A stretch of DNA of 64,000 bases from Nitrospirota bacterium (GTDB taxonomy: Bacteria > Nitrospirota > UBA9217). This document shows, piece by piece, positions 1-11,217 of the stretch. Location: positions 128,001 through 192,000 of the forward strand of contig CAVUHW010000034.1 in assembly GCA_963741205.1 (NCBI GenBank). Reading direction: 5' to 3'. The notes beneath the pieces were generated by a model that was not told the origin of the DNA, made no database searches, and was given only the letters and a program-made list of their open reading frames with translations. The translations under genes and the position numbers were made by a program. The number at the start of each line of letters is the position of its first letter. Within the stretch, counting starts at the first letter, position 1.

Positions 1-790
1 TTTCGGTCCTCCGCCTGATAAACCCGTCCAAGGCTTTGAGCTGGTGCAGGCCCAGGGCGGCCTGGATGTCCATCATGTTGTATTTATATCCCGGGGCGAT
101 GATCTCGTAATGCTGGCTCCCTTTTTTACCGAACCGGTTCCATGCCTCGCGGTCCATGCCGTGAAAACGGAGCAGCGCGACATCGGAGGCGAGCTTCTCG
201 TCCCGCGCAGCAACGCACCCGCCTTCGCCGGTGGTCATGTTCTTGTTGGGGTGGAAGCTGAAGACCTGGATGTCTCCGAAGCTGCCGATGCGCCTTCCCT
301 TGTATTCCGTTCCGATGGCATGGGCGGCATCTTCGATGACCCTGAGGTTGTGTCTTTTCGCGATATCATAGAGCGGGTCGAGGTCAACAGGAAGGCCCGC
401 GAAGTGCACCGGCATGATGGCGCGGGTGCGTTTCGTGACAGCCTTCTCGATCCTGGTCACATCCATATTATACGTACCGGGCTCGACATCGACGCAGACA
501 GGTTTCCCGCCGGCAAGCACGATGGTGTTCAGCGTGGCCGCAAAGGTCATGGGCGTGGTGATCACCTCGTCACCGGGCTTGAGCTTTAAGCGCCGTGAGC
601 ACGAGGTGCAGCCCCGCGGTCGCGGACGTCAGGGCGAGCACATGCGGCGCTCCGAGATAGGCCTTCAGGTCCTCCTCGAACTGCTTGACGCGGGGGCCGG
701 TGGTGATCCAGCCGGACTTGAGGCAAGCCACTACCTCGTCGATGGCCTCCTGGCTTATGGAAGGCCGGGAGAAGGGGAGAAATTCTTCAT
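1..790 (-). CDS. arnB: DegT/DnrJ/EryC1/StrS aminotransferase (ArnB-like), runs off window start, one frameshift near 590
   Basis: Manual minus-strand translation MKNFLPFSRPSI..SGWITTGP..VIEDAAHAIG..FSFHPNKNMTTGEGG; lies downstream of the flippase and arnT genes. Confidence 0.8.
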
Positions 791-853
791 TTGGGATTAT
801 TTGACATGGTTATCCTTTATAAACAATCGCAGCTGCTAAGGCATTTAAAGTTC

Positions 854-968
854 GTCGTCCCCGAATGACCCTATCGGAGACCCAGCATCTTCAAAGTCTC
901 TGGATTCCCGATTAAAGCATTCGGGACTGACGTGAAAAATGAGTCCTGCGCGCATTCGGGAATGACGT
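854..968. repeat. REP-like palindromic element (GTC..CCCG / CTGGATTCCCG / CGGGAATGAC family)
   Basis: Imperfect palindromes ending TTCGGGACTGAC and TTCGGGAATGAC; related copies near 31371-31400 and 62263-62326. Confidence 0.6.
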
Positions 969-987
969 ATGACCTTTCGAAGATTGA

Positions 988-1353
988 TCAGCTCTTCGTC
1001 ACGAAATACACTCCCACGCAGATGATCAAGATCCCCGTGATGCGCATCAGCGAGAGGTTCTCCTGGAACAGGTAGTAACCGGCCACGGCATTCACTATGT
1101 ACCCCACGGAGAGCAGGGGGTAGGCGTAGCTTACTTCAACCCGTGACAGGACCAGAAGCCAGACCGCTACGCTCACTACATAGCAGGTAAGGCCGCCGAG
1201 GATGAAGATGTTTCCCGCGACCTGGACCGTGATCGGGATGATATTGGCCCAGACGAACTCGAAGTGGCCGATGCGGCGCATGCCTTCCTTCAGGAAGAGC
1301 TGGGCCGCCGCGTTCAGCATCACGCCCAACAGAATCAGGGGAAGGTAGCTCAT
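988..1353 (-). CDS. EamA/SMR-type undecaprenyl-P-L-Ara4N flippase subunit (ArnE/F-like)
   Basis: ~120 aa, four hydrophobic segments, LSRVEVSYAYPLLS motif; located between arnT and arnB. Confidence 0.8.
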   Translation of the reverse strand: MSYLPLILLGVMLNAAAQLFLKEGMRRIGHFEFVWANIIPITVQVAGNIFILGGLTCYVVSVAVWLLVLSRVEVSYAYPLLSVGYIVNAVAGYYLFQENLSLMRITGILIICVGVYFVTKS

Positions 1354-3032
1354 CATTTGACCTCTCTATTGACCAGCAGAATATTCCGCCGGCTCCGCGC
1401 GACCGGGTAGAGCGGGAGATGGTTGTCCGACCGGAGCAGGGCATCATAGGTCCCGAGCTCCGTCAGCAGGTAAATCGTCGCCGGTCCTTGCCAGCGCCGC
1501 CAGAACGTCGCCCCGTCGGTCATCCACTGGCGGGTGTCCTCCACCTGTGTACCGAAGTCGAGTTCGCCCCCCCAGTCCACCACGGTGATGCGCCTCTCGA
1601 GGTACACCGGCAGGTCCTGATAATACTCCTGATAGCTTGCCACCTCGTCGCCCGGTTTGAGAAGGGGCTTGAGCGTCTGCGCCAGGCCTTTTACGGACTT
1701 GAAATCGACGCGGGGCGCAGCTGCGTTCATGACGGCAAGAAAGACCGCCGCTGCCGCAACGATTGCGATAAAGGCCGGTTGAAAGCCCCGGTAACGCGCC
1801 AGGGCCCAGGCGATCGCGGCCCCCGCGGCGAGGATGAACGCGATGGCGTAGATGAAGGGGCCGAGGGCCGCCGTCAGTTCCTGGGGAACTACGAAGGGAG
1901 CTGCGATAAACGCCCCTGCCAGCAGGAGCGACGAGGCAAGGTAAACATGATAACCCGCCCTGACCCCGGGAAAATCCCGGCTCTCCCAGGCGTCGGAAAG
2001 ATAACGGCCGATCAGGAGCGCAAGGGGCGGGAATACCGGCAGGATATAGGGCACCAACTTCGAACTGGAGACAGAGAAAAAGAAAAATACCAGCCCTGCC
2101 CAGAGGATGAGAAAGAGCGCGTCGCGATGTTCATGCCGTTCCTTCCAGGAAGCAGGCAGGCTGTGCCTGACCGCCTGGACAAGAAAGGCGCTCCAGGGAA
2201 ACAGGCCCAGGAGCACGACGGGTATAAAGAACCACACCGGCTGATACCGGCTGTGCATTTTCGTCAGATAGCGGAGAAAATGCTCCCGGATAAAGTAAAA
2301 ATTGAAAAACTCCGGGTTGGCCCGTTGGACCAGGATATGCCACGGCGCGGCGATGAGCAGGAAAAGCGCAATCCCTGCGGGCAGCTCCATGTTCAGAAGC
2401 ATGCGCCATTCTCCCAGCAGGATGATCCACGCACCGATGACCATGCCGGGAATGAGAATGCCGATGAGGCCCTTGGTCAGGACCGCGAGGGCGGCAAAGC
2501 CGTAGAAGCTCCACAGGGAGAGCCTGCGCTTCCAGCCCGGCGCCTCGCGCACGCCGACGAGGAAGGCGAGCAGCGACGCGCTCAGCAGGACCGAGACGGG
2601 CATATCGAGAATGATCGCCCGGCCGAGGCCGTAATACAAGAGGCTGGTTGCCAGGACGGAGGCGGCAATGAGCCCGCTCCGGCGCCCGAAGAGGCGCGAA
2701 CCCGCCCAGGCGACCGCCAGACAGCCGAAGGTCGCGAAGATCACCGGCCAGAGGCGCAGCGTGAATTCATCAAGCCCGAAGAGCCTGATGGAAAAGGCTT
2801 CGAGCCAGTAGAACAGGACCGGTTTCTCGAAGTACTTAACGCCGTTTAAACGCGGGGTGACGTAATTGCCGGTTGCCGCCATCTCCCGCGGGATCTCGAC
2901 ATAGCGCCCTTCGTCAGGCACGGAGAGCGGGCGGTTCCCGAGCATGAAGCAGAAGAAGACGCCGATCAGGACGGTCAGTGCAAGCATTTCTCGCGGGGCA
3001 GATCGGCCGGTTTGTCTGGAATCGGAATTCAT
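1353..3032 (-). CDS. arnT: 4-amino-4-deoxy-L-arabinose transferase (GT39/ArnT family)
   Basis: PDEGRYVEIPREM, YFEKPVLFYW, LTKG and SKLVPYILP motifs; multi-TM protein. Confidence 0.85.
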   Translation of the reverse strand: MNSDSRQTGRSAPREMLALTVLIGVFFCFMLGNRPLSVPDEGRYVEIPREMAATGNYVTPRLNGVKYFEKPVLFYWLEAFSIRLFGLDEFTLRLWPVIFATFGCLAVAWAGSRLFGRRSGLIAASVLATSLLYYGLGRAIILDMPVSVLLSASLLAFLVGVREAPGWKRRLSLWSFYGFAALAVLTKGLIGILIPGMVIGAWIILLGEWRMLLNMELPAGIALFLLIAAPWHILVQRANPEFFNFYFIREHFLRYLTKMHSRYQPVWFFIPVVLLGLFPWSAFLVQAVRHSLPASWKERHEHRDALFLILWAGLVFFFFSVSSSKLVPYILPVFPPLALLIGRYLSDAWESRDFPGVRAGYHVYLASSLLLAGAFIAAPFVVPQELTAALGPFIYAIAFILAAGAAIAWALARYRGFQPAFIAIVAAAAVFLAVMNAAAPRVDFKSVKGLAQTLKPLLKPGDEVASYQEYYQDLPVYLERRITVVDWGGELDFGTQVEDTRQWMTDGATFWRRWQGPATIYLLTELGTYDALLRSDNHLPLYPVARSRRNILLVNREVK

Positions 3033-3376
3033 GATAGTCTTTCCGCGGCTAAGGTCCGGGAACATGTCTGAGCGAAAAATCCGTCGATATTTTCCGCTCA
3101 CTTCTAGTCGCAACAGTGCCGCGGTATTCACGCCAGGCCGAAGGCCCGAAAAAAAGAAGATTGTACATCGCGGCGGTGCGGTTTGTCAAACGATTTGTGT
3201 CCGGGCTCAAAGGCTTATTGGCCGTTTATCGCTCTCTCTGTACGGCCCGCTGCAATTTCGGCCAGGGTGCCGGGCCCCTTTGCGGTTTTCATGCTGCCCC
3301 GGGAAGTTCAAATTTATGATATAGTTTTGTCGAAAAAGGTTTTGTTTCAGGACAAAACGAGAGTCGGGAGAAAACC

Positions 3377-3946
3377 ATGAACGATGTCATTGAAGCCATT
3401 AAAAAAAGACGCTCCGTCAGGGCATATGAGGCGAAGCAGATACCCCGCGACCTCCTGAACGCCGTCATCGAGGCGGGGAACGAAGCGCCGTCGGCGATGA
3501 ACAGCCAACCCTGGAGATTCGTTGTCGTAGAGGATCAAGACGCGAAAAAAAAGCTGCTTGCCGCCGCCCTGCCGAAGGCAAAAAAGATCACCGAACAGGT
3601 GAAGGACATTGATCCGGAACGGTATGAAGCGATCAAGAAGCGTTACGCCGAAATGCCGGACCCCGTGTACTACTCCGCTCCCACGATCGTGTTCGTAATC
3701 GGAAACGGCATGTATGCCGGACATTCCTGCCCGCTGGCCTGCGAGAACATGATGCTCGCGGCCCATTCCCTGGGGTTGGGAAGCTGCTGGGTCGGCTTCG
3801 GCTCAATGGTGACTGATGATCCGGAGGTGCGAAGACTTCTTGAATTGCATGATGGAGACTCCCTCTATGGACCGATCCTTCTCGGATACCCGAAGGCACA
3901 TCTCCCGCGGCCCCCCAAGAAGGACCCGAGGGTGAAGTGGGTATGA
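3377..3946 (+). CDS. Nitroreductase family protein
   Basis: RRSVRAY, APSAMNSQPWRF, ENMMLAAHSLGLGSCW. Confidence 0.9.
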   Translation: MNDVIEAIKKRRSVRAYEAKQIPRDLLNAVIEAGNEAPSAMNSQPWRFVVVEDQDAKKKLLAAALPKAKKITEQVKDIDPERYEAIKKRYAEMPDPVYYSAPTIVFVIGNGMYAGHSCPLACENMMLAAHSLGLGSCWVGFGSMVTDDPEVRRLLELHDGDSLYGPILLGYPKAHLPRPPKKDPRVKWV

Positions 3947-4003
3947 TCATTCCTTGAGGTGCCGGCAGATGAACGGAAAAAATACTTCTGAAAGAGGGCC
4001 ATT

Positions 4004-5524
4004 ATGCGAGTCAAACTTTATTTCCTCTCCGCTTTAGCTGTCGTCGCGTTGTCCTCGTCATTGAGCCGCGCCGATAATAGTGGCTTCGAGATTTCAAACA
4101 TCCAGATGAGCCCTGCCACGGAAAGCTGCATCGCCTGCCATATCCTTTTTACGCCCGGGATCGTTCATGACTGGATGTCGAGCAGGCACTCGAAAACGAG
4201 CCCGGCCTTTGCCTTAAAAAAGCCGGCACTGGAGAGGCGGATTTCGGCAGATACGGTATCCGAAGAACTCTCCGGATATGCAGTGGGATGCTTTGAGTGT
4301 CACAGCCGGAATCCCAGAAAGCATAAGGACAATTTCGATCACATGGGGCACAAAATCAATGTCGTGGTAAGCCCCGAAGACTGCAAGACCTGTCATCCCG
4401 TGGAAGTCGAGCAGTTTGCCGGCAGCAAGAAGGCACACGCGGTAAAAAACCTGATGGCGAACCCGATCTACCACGCAATGGTGAAAGAGATTACCGGCGT
4501 TAAAAAACTGGTGAAAGGCAGCATCGTGACGGAAAAACCATCGGATAAAACGCTGCACGAGAGCTGCCTCGGATGTCACGGGACGAAGGTGGAAGTGAAG
4601 GGAATGAAGAACTTGGCCGTCCAGATGGGCGAGATCACGGTGCCGAACCTTACGAACTGGCCGAATCAGGGCGTGGGCAGGGAAAATCCGGATGGAAGCA
4701 CAGGCGCCTGCACGGCCTGCCACCCGAGACACGGTTTCCTGATCGAGGTAGCCCGGCAGCCTTATACATGCGCACAATGTCATCTCGAACCCGATGTACC
4801 CGCCTGGGACGTATACAAAGAAAGCAAGCACGGTAACCTTTTTTTCTCGATGAACAGGGAATGGGACCTGACCCTGGTGCCGTGGACCGTGGGCAAGGAT
4901 TTCAAGGCGCCCACCTGCGCGGCATGCCACAACAGCCTCCTTGTCTCTCCTTCCGGCGCTCTGATAGCGGAGCGCACGCATGACTTCGGCTCGCGGCTCT
5001 GGGTCAGGCTCTTCGGCCTTATTTACAGCCATGCCCAGCCTCGATCCGGAAATACCAGCGTGATCAGGAACAAGGACGGGCTGCCGCTTCCGACGACGTT
5101 TATGGGAGCACCTGCTGCTGAATTTCTGATCGACAGGGAGGAACAGGATAGGAGGATGCGCGGCATGAAGTCCCTGTGCAACGGATGCCACGGCATGGAC
5201 TGGATCAACGGGCATTTCGCAAAGTTTGAGAGCACAATCGCCGAGACCGATGCGATGACGCGGACGGCGACGGACCTCATGACCTCCGCATGGGACCGGG
5301 GCGTCGAAGACCGGAACAACCCCTTCGACGAGCCGGTCGAGCAGCGGTGGATGAAGCAATGGCTGTTCTACGCGAACTCCGTGCGCTACGCTTCGGCCAT
5401 GACCGGAGCGCCTGATTATACTGCCTTCAAGAATGGCTGGTGGGAGATGACGAGCAATCTCGCGGACATGAAGGAGATGATCGATCTCAAGGCAACAATG
5501 AAAAAGACAGGGCCGCCCCATTGA
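4004..5524 (+). CDS. Octaheme c-type cytochrome, hydroxylamine oxidoreductase-like family
   Basis: Signal peptide plus 8 CxxCH (CIACH, CFECH, CKTCH, CLGCH, CTACH, CAQCH, CAACH, CNGCH); WPNQGVGR, ESKHG and APTC motifs. Confidence 0.85.
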   Translation: MRVKLYFLSALAVVALSSSLSRADNSGFEISNIQMSPATESCIACHILFTPGIVHDWMSSRHSKTSPAFALKKPALERRISADTVSEELSGYAVGCFECHSRNPRKHKDNFDHMGHKINVVVSPEDCKTCHPVEVEQFAGSKKAHAVKNLMANPIYHAMVKEITGVKKLVKGSIVTEKPSDKTLHESCLGCHGTKVEVKGMKNLAVQMGEITVPNLTNWPNQGVGRENPDGSTGACTACHPRHGFLIEVARQPYTCAQCHLEPDVPAWDVYKESKHGNLFFSMNREWDLTLVPWTVGKDFKAPTCAACHNSLLVSPSGALIAERTHDFGSRLWVRLFGLIYSHAQPRSGNTSVIRNKDGLPLPTTFMGAPAAEFLIDREEQDRRMRGMKSLCNGCHGMDWINGHFAKFESTIAETDAMTRTATDLMTSAWDRGVEDRNNPFDEPVEQRWMKQWLFYANSVRYASAMTGAPDYTAFKNGWWEMTSNLADMKEMIDLKATMKKTGPPH

Positions 5525-5916
5525 TGTTTAAGATTCTGAATGAAAATATTTCTGAACGTTGAACGTTGATCTTTGCACGGTCATTCGATCTTCTGATCCT
5601 CTCATCGGACCAGAGCAGCGACATTTAATTTTGTCGACATCCACGTAGCCAGGCATGCATGTCTCGTCGTCCGATCCAAATTCCATGAAGGTCCGGCCCT
5701 GGCAATGTCGGGGAAATCTGGAATTATAGTCCCCCCCTTGAAGTCAAAACTGAGTTATAATTGATTTATCTGCACAAAATTAAGTTAATCCCGCTGAAAA
5801 CCAGAGAAGATCAAAGCCATCACGATTATATTTCAGAGGAATATCGCACCGGGGACCACGGTCCGTGACAAACGGCGCGTCAAAATCAGCCTGGATCATT
5901 CGCGGAGGCTTTCATC

Positions 5917-6262
5917 ATGCCGGAGATAGAGTTTGAAGGACGAAAAATAGCTATAGATCAAGACGGTTTTCTGGTCAGCCTCGAAGACTGGACGGAATCA
6001 GTTGCACGCATTCTTGCTATTCGGGAAGGCATCGATGAGCTGTCGGAGGACCAGCTCGACATTTTGAAGTTTCATGAGGACCTATTACCGCAAACATCAG
6101 TTCTTCCCGATCGTGCGTTATGTGTGCAAGAATGTCCATCAGCCCGTTAATTGCGTTACGGAAAAATTTATCGATCCGGTCAAGGCCTGGAAGATTGCCG
6201 GCCTGCCGAACCCCGGAGAGGAAGTTAACATGTTCAGATCCTGGGAGCCGCTCGGGTATTAA
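5917..6262 (+). CDS. TusE/DsrC/DsvC-family protein (frameshift near 6072)
   Basis: DQDGFL..EDWTESVA..F[M]RTYY..KIAGLPNP reconstructed across two ORFs. Confidence 0.75.
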
Positions 6263-6294
6263 AGAACGTCGTGTTGAGGAAAAGGGGGAAAGTT

Positions 6295-8562
6295 ATGCTC
6301 GTACGGAGCGACTTTTTTGCGCTGATCGTTTTAGCGGGTTTCGTATGGGGATGCAGCAGCCCCAACAGCAACGCCCCGGTCTTCGATTCATCCGGGAAGC
6401 ACGCCGCCAATTGGATTGTTGATCACCGGGCGTCTTATGTGGGCAACCCGAGTTCGTGCCAGGAGTGTCACGGCAGCGACCTCAAGGGAGGGATATCGCA
6501 GGTCAGTTGTTTCAGTTCAGATTTCAACGGACAAAACTGCCATGCCAGCGGACCTTCCATCGATCCATCCGGGAAGCACCCCGCGAATTGGATCGTCGAT
6601 CACCGGGCGGCTTTCGTGAGCAACCGGAGACGTGTGCTATGAGTGTCACGGCAGCGATCTGCAGGGGGGGATCTCGCAGGTGAGTTGTTTCAGCCCGGAG
6701 TTTAATGGTCAGGCATGCCATGCCAACGGACCCTGCCGGACACCCCGCTGGGTGGAGAGACCCCGCCCTGCACGGCGCTGATGCCAAATCGCAGCCCGGG
6801 GCCGAGAGCGGCTTTACCAGTTGCCAGAGCTGTCACGGGGCCGACTTTAACGGCGGCTTAACTGGAGTGAGCTGTTTTACCGCAGGCAGGGCCACCGGCC
6901 CGTGCCACGTGACGAACGGCATCCCTGTGGGAGCGCCCCATTCACCCATTCCCTGGAGGACCTATCCGGCTCCGACCCACACTGATACCGTTGATGATGC
7001 GGACGGGTTAAACGCCGCAGTCTGCGCCCTTTGCCATACGCAGGGGGCCAACCTGAGGACCCCGATCATCACCACCTACAACACCGGGTAAACCCGGCTG
7101 TTTCAACAGCACTCTCTGCCATGGCCAGATGGGCCATCCGGCCGGCTGGGCGGATCCGAACAACCACGGCCAGGCAGCCAAGTCCAACCTGACGTACTGC
7201 CAGCAGTGCCATTCGGACAACCCCTTCGGAGGGCCGGGGAGCAACCCGCGTTTCAATGTTCAGCTCGGCAGGCTCGTTGATGCCGCCCTTGGGAATACCG
7301 GATGTGAGGTCTGCCATGCGCCGTTGGCGGCCCATCCCCGGATCATTCAGATCCCCGTCTCCTTCGGCACGATAACAACGCTCAATCCCATCGGCACCCC
7401 GTGGTATCTCCACTGCAAGGCCAGCCCCTCCGGCTTTGACGCCTGCAACCGCTGCCACGGCGCGAACCTGGACGGCGTCGGGGGTGTGACGGGGGCCACA
7501 GGCTGCACGTTCTGCCACCGGAGCGGACTGCCGACCACCTTGAAGAACTGCACCTCCTGTCATGTGTCGCCGCCCAACGGAGCTGTCTATCCCAACAAGG
7601 CGTCCGCCCACGCGAAACACAGCACCCTCAATGTGGCGGACATCTGCGGCCAATGCCACAACGGACTCGGCTCGGTCACCCTCGACCATTTTTCACGAGC
7701 GAAGAACCATACGACGAGCGTACAGGCGGGGGCGGTCCTGTTCGGCGCGTTCGCGCAAACCAACGGGGTGAGCCCCGTCTTACAACGAGACGACCCAGCA
7801 GTGCACCAATACCTACTGTCACGGCGCAACGCTCTCCGGAGGCGCGAACAAGTCGCCCATCTGGAGCGACGCGAACTATCTGACGGCGGCAGGCTGCGGC
7901 ACCTGCCACGGCTTCCCGCCGCCCAATGCCGCCCATGCCGGTTTCACGTCGAGCACGGTCTGCAAAAATTGCCACACGCATGTCAATGCCACCAACACTG
8001 GCTTCGACGATCCCACGAAGCACGTGAACGGCGCAATCGACGTCACGGGCGGAGCGTGCCGCATGCCTTCCCGAATCCCGGCTCGGTCCACGCAACGGCA
8101 GCCGGGACAGCCCCCTTCTCCGGCTGCGTCACATCAGCGGTTGCCATACGAACGGCATCGCCAACAGGGGTGTATCCCGTTGCCGCGGGCACGCCGCCTG
8201 ATTGCCGGGCATGCCACATCAAGCTCGCTCCCGGCAACAGTTGCGGATCGTGCCACGGCATCGCCAGTACCAACGCGCTGACAGCCGGACGGCCGAACGG
8301 CTCTTCATTCCCGGATGTTGCGGGGCGCCATGCGTAGGTCAGACCATAGCTTTGCCTGCACACTTCTGTCACGGATCAAACGGCACAGGCAATGACACCC
8401 ATGGCCCGAGCAACAGGACCGCCCATGGACGATGCCAATGTCGTCATCCAGTTCACCGGAGAAGCGGCTGGCATGACCTATACCCGCAACGTACTTGGAA
8501 ACGGTCATGGCACCTGCAGCGGAAGCTGCCATAATAAAACTCACAGCGGATTAACGTGGTAA
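6295..8562 (+). CDS. Multiheme c-type cytochrome lipoprotein (~20 heme motifs, CxxCH plus extended CxnCH), several frameshifts
   Basis: Lipobox FVWGC; at least 14 CxxCH plus CX9CH x3, CX5CH, CX4CH and CX3CH across frames; ends CSGSCHNKTHSGLTW*. Confidence 0.75.
6384..6735 (+). repeat. Intragenic tandem duplication (~177 bp unit) of a diheme module
   Basis: DSSGKHAANWIVDHRA..CQECHGSDL..CFSSDFNGQNCH repeated as DPSGKHPANWIVDHRA..ECHGSDL..CFSPEFNGQACH. Confidence 0.85.
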
Positions 8563-8904
8563 GGCTGCCGGCCGATCAGAAGAGAGGAGCGCACTCAATT
8601 GTTTAAGCACTTATAAAATCAAGCTCACTGATTGAACTGGACTGTATGGAGTCAAACATCAGGATAGAATGGAGGACGCGCACCATCCTCGGCGCATCAT
8701 GTTGACTCATTATGCAGGAAATAACGCTGCGGAACTCGATCAAGAACACAACAACTAAAAATTTTTATTTCACGAGAAGTAAGTCACATGATTTTAGCGG
8801 TTTGAGTGCGGGAAACAAGATGCTCTCGATTTGACAGCCTCCCTCCCGGTTGCTATCATTAAAACCAAAATCCCGACCAATTTATTTTTTTTGGAGGTGT
8901 CGTC

Positions 8905-10139
8905 ATGAAAAGCACGAGAGTACTTTTAGTGGGTCCTTGTTTGTGCGTTGTTACTGATCAGTGCGGCAGCGATACTGTATTCCTGCAGCGGTGGCGGAGG
9001 CGGCGGGGAGGAGCGCGAACTCAGGCACGGTTGCGGTCTACGCCACCGGAGATACTACCCTGAATTCGCTGGTTACCTCGACAACGGGAACAGGCGACAC
9101 CGCCCTGAATACGGATTTGACTTCCACGGCCACCGGAACGAACCTCGATACAGGCGGCACCTCGACGGCCGAGGATAACGGGAACAACGGCAATTCCCTT
9201 ACCTCGCGGATGACGGTAACGATCACGAGCATCGAGCTTGTCAACAAAGGCACCGGAACGAGCTGTCCAGTGCTCACCCCGAAGATCCGATATCCCTGAG
9301 CATCGCGGATCTTTCGAACATAATGCATCTTATCACCGAGGCAGATTGTCCCGCAACGTCTTACAACAGGATCCACATCGAATTCGGGAAAAATTTTCTT
9401 GTGGAGGACAAAGAGGGGAATGAGTCATTCTGCTCCCTAACGTCCTATAAAGGGCAGGGCAACCAACCCAACGTCCTCCAGTGCAACGGAGAGGTATGTA
9501 CCCTGGACATCAACGGCGCGGTGAATGTCCTGGCGAATCAGAAAAACAACGTGTCCCTGAACTTCAACCTGAAAGAGTTCATGGTGAAAGGGTTCGGAAA
9601 TCCGGAGACGTGCACGGTGACCGTAAAGACGTCGCCAATCTGCGGATCGCAGGGGTCGCAGGGAGAGATTCAAGGCCAGCCCGAAAGCATCACGGGGCTG
9701 GTTTCGCACCTGTCTTCTTCAACTTCAACGCAGACCTTCGATTTGACGAAGGGCCACAAGACGTTCACCGTCCTGTATTCAGAAATTACATCGAGTCAGC
9801 AGCCCGGCATCTATGACCTGCTGAAGACGCGCGCAGGACGAAGGGCTCCTGGTGAATGTCCTCTCATCCAGTCTTGAGCACGAAGAGCGGCATCATCACG
9901 CGTCCGCCGTCTTTATGAAAGTCGAAGGCGTTGTTTCGAATCTCGATGCCGCGAAAGGAACCTGCACGATCACCTACAGGGCGGCGGGACGATCGACATT
10001 GTTTATCAGGACTCCGCCAATGACGGCATGCTCAAGGACGGCGCCTGGGTCCCAGTCAGGATCACGGGGTACGACGGTCGATCGATACATCGCATCCTGG
10101 GTCGGGACGGGGAGCGAGGGAAGCGGCACCGATAATTGA
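8905..10139 (+). CDS. DUF4382-like lipoprotein (frameshifted)
   Basis: GGAGG RBS, lipobox LYSC-SGGGG, 'TVAVYATGD', 'VTITSIEL', 'YNRIHIEF', 'SLNFNL' resemble DUF4382. Confidence 0.55.
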
Positions 10140-10266
10140 CATGCGCAGGGGGGCAAACGTTCTCATCAACACCTCGTTTGCCCCCCTGCGGAATATTCCG
10201 GATACGGCTCTGGTACCGGTTTTCACTTGCATTTTGCCTCTCGCAGTCCTGTGCGGCAATGATCTC

Positions 10267-10669
10267 ATGGCCTCCATCCTCATCAAGAGTTTCGGCGTCT
10301 GGCTCCTTATTCTCCTTGCCGCCATTGGCAACGGCGTTTTTCGCGACCTCGTCATGACCCCGAAACTGGGCGACCCAGTGGCACGGGCAATCAGCTGCTT
10401 CACGCTGTCACTCCTCATCGTACTCATCACATGGGTTTTTATCACCAGGCTTGGCATCTTCCGTCAAAAGCCAGTTATGGTCTGTGGGCTGGTTCTGGCT
10501 CGCGCTTACCCTTGCCTTCGAGTTCCTCTTCGGGCATTATGTCGGCGGCAAATCGTGGATGGCTCTCCTCGAGGACTACAATATCGTGGAAGGCAGGCTT
10601 TGGGTCCTGGTGCTCGTGACAACCTTATTAGCACCTCCATTGGCCGGGCGATTGAGAAAGATCGAATGA
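10267..10669 (+). CDS. Hypothetical membrane protein (frameshift near 10450)
   Basis: AIGNGVFRD..; WLALTLAFEFLFGHY..LLEDYNIVEGRLW. Confidence 0.6.
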
Positions 10670-10762
10670 GAAGGCGTGAAGCCCGCCCTTCCGCAAAGCT
10701 TTCACGGACCATGCTATAATAAGCATGCGACAACACTTGAGACACCTTCGAGGAAAGACGTC

Positions 10763-11212
10763 ATGCGATACGCAAGGTATGTGATTGTAGTGCTCCTCCT
10801 GGTCCTATCCGCCTCATACCAGGCCTATGGTCAGGAGGCTAGGCAATCCGGGAAGCCGGCAGATCCGGCGCCTACGGAAAAGCTTTTCACGGCGACCATT
10901 GGGCCTGACGGCATTCAACACGTCGAGATCGTGGGCGGCGAGTATTACTTCGAACCGAATCATATCGTCGTGAAGGTCAATACCCCCGTCGAGCTGAAGG
11001 TGAAGAAAGCGGGCTTCGTGCCACATAAAATCATCGTCAAGGCGCCGGAAGCGGGCATCGATTTCAAGGTCGACCTCGTCAGTGATTGGAAGACCATTTC
11101 CTTTACGCCCACGAAGACCGGAACATATGAAATGATATGCGACAGGAAACTCCTCTGGTTCAAGAGTCATAAGGACCGCGGGATGGTAGGCACTATCGAG
11201 GTGGTAGAGTAG
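10763..11212 (+). CDS. Cupredoxin-domain periplasmic protein
   Basis: Signal peptide; YYFEPNHIVVK, PH, GTYEMIC..SH..GMVGTIEV copper-ligand pattern. Confidence 0.75.
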   Translation: MRYARYVIVVLLLVLSASYQAYGQEARQSGKPADPAPTEKLFTATIGPDGIQHVEIVGGEYYFEPNHIVVKVNTPVELKVKKAGFVPHKIIVKAPEAGIDFKVDLVSDWKTISFTPTKTGTYEMICDRKLLWFKSHKDRGMVGTIEVVE

Positions 11213-11217
11213 GACGT

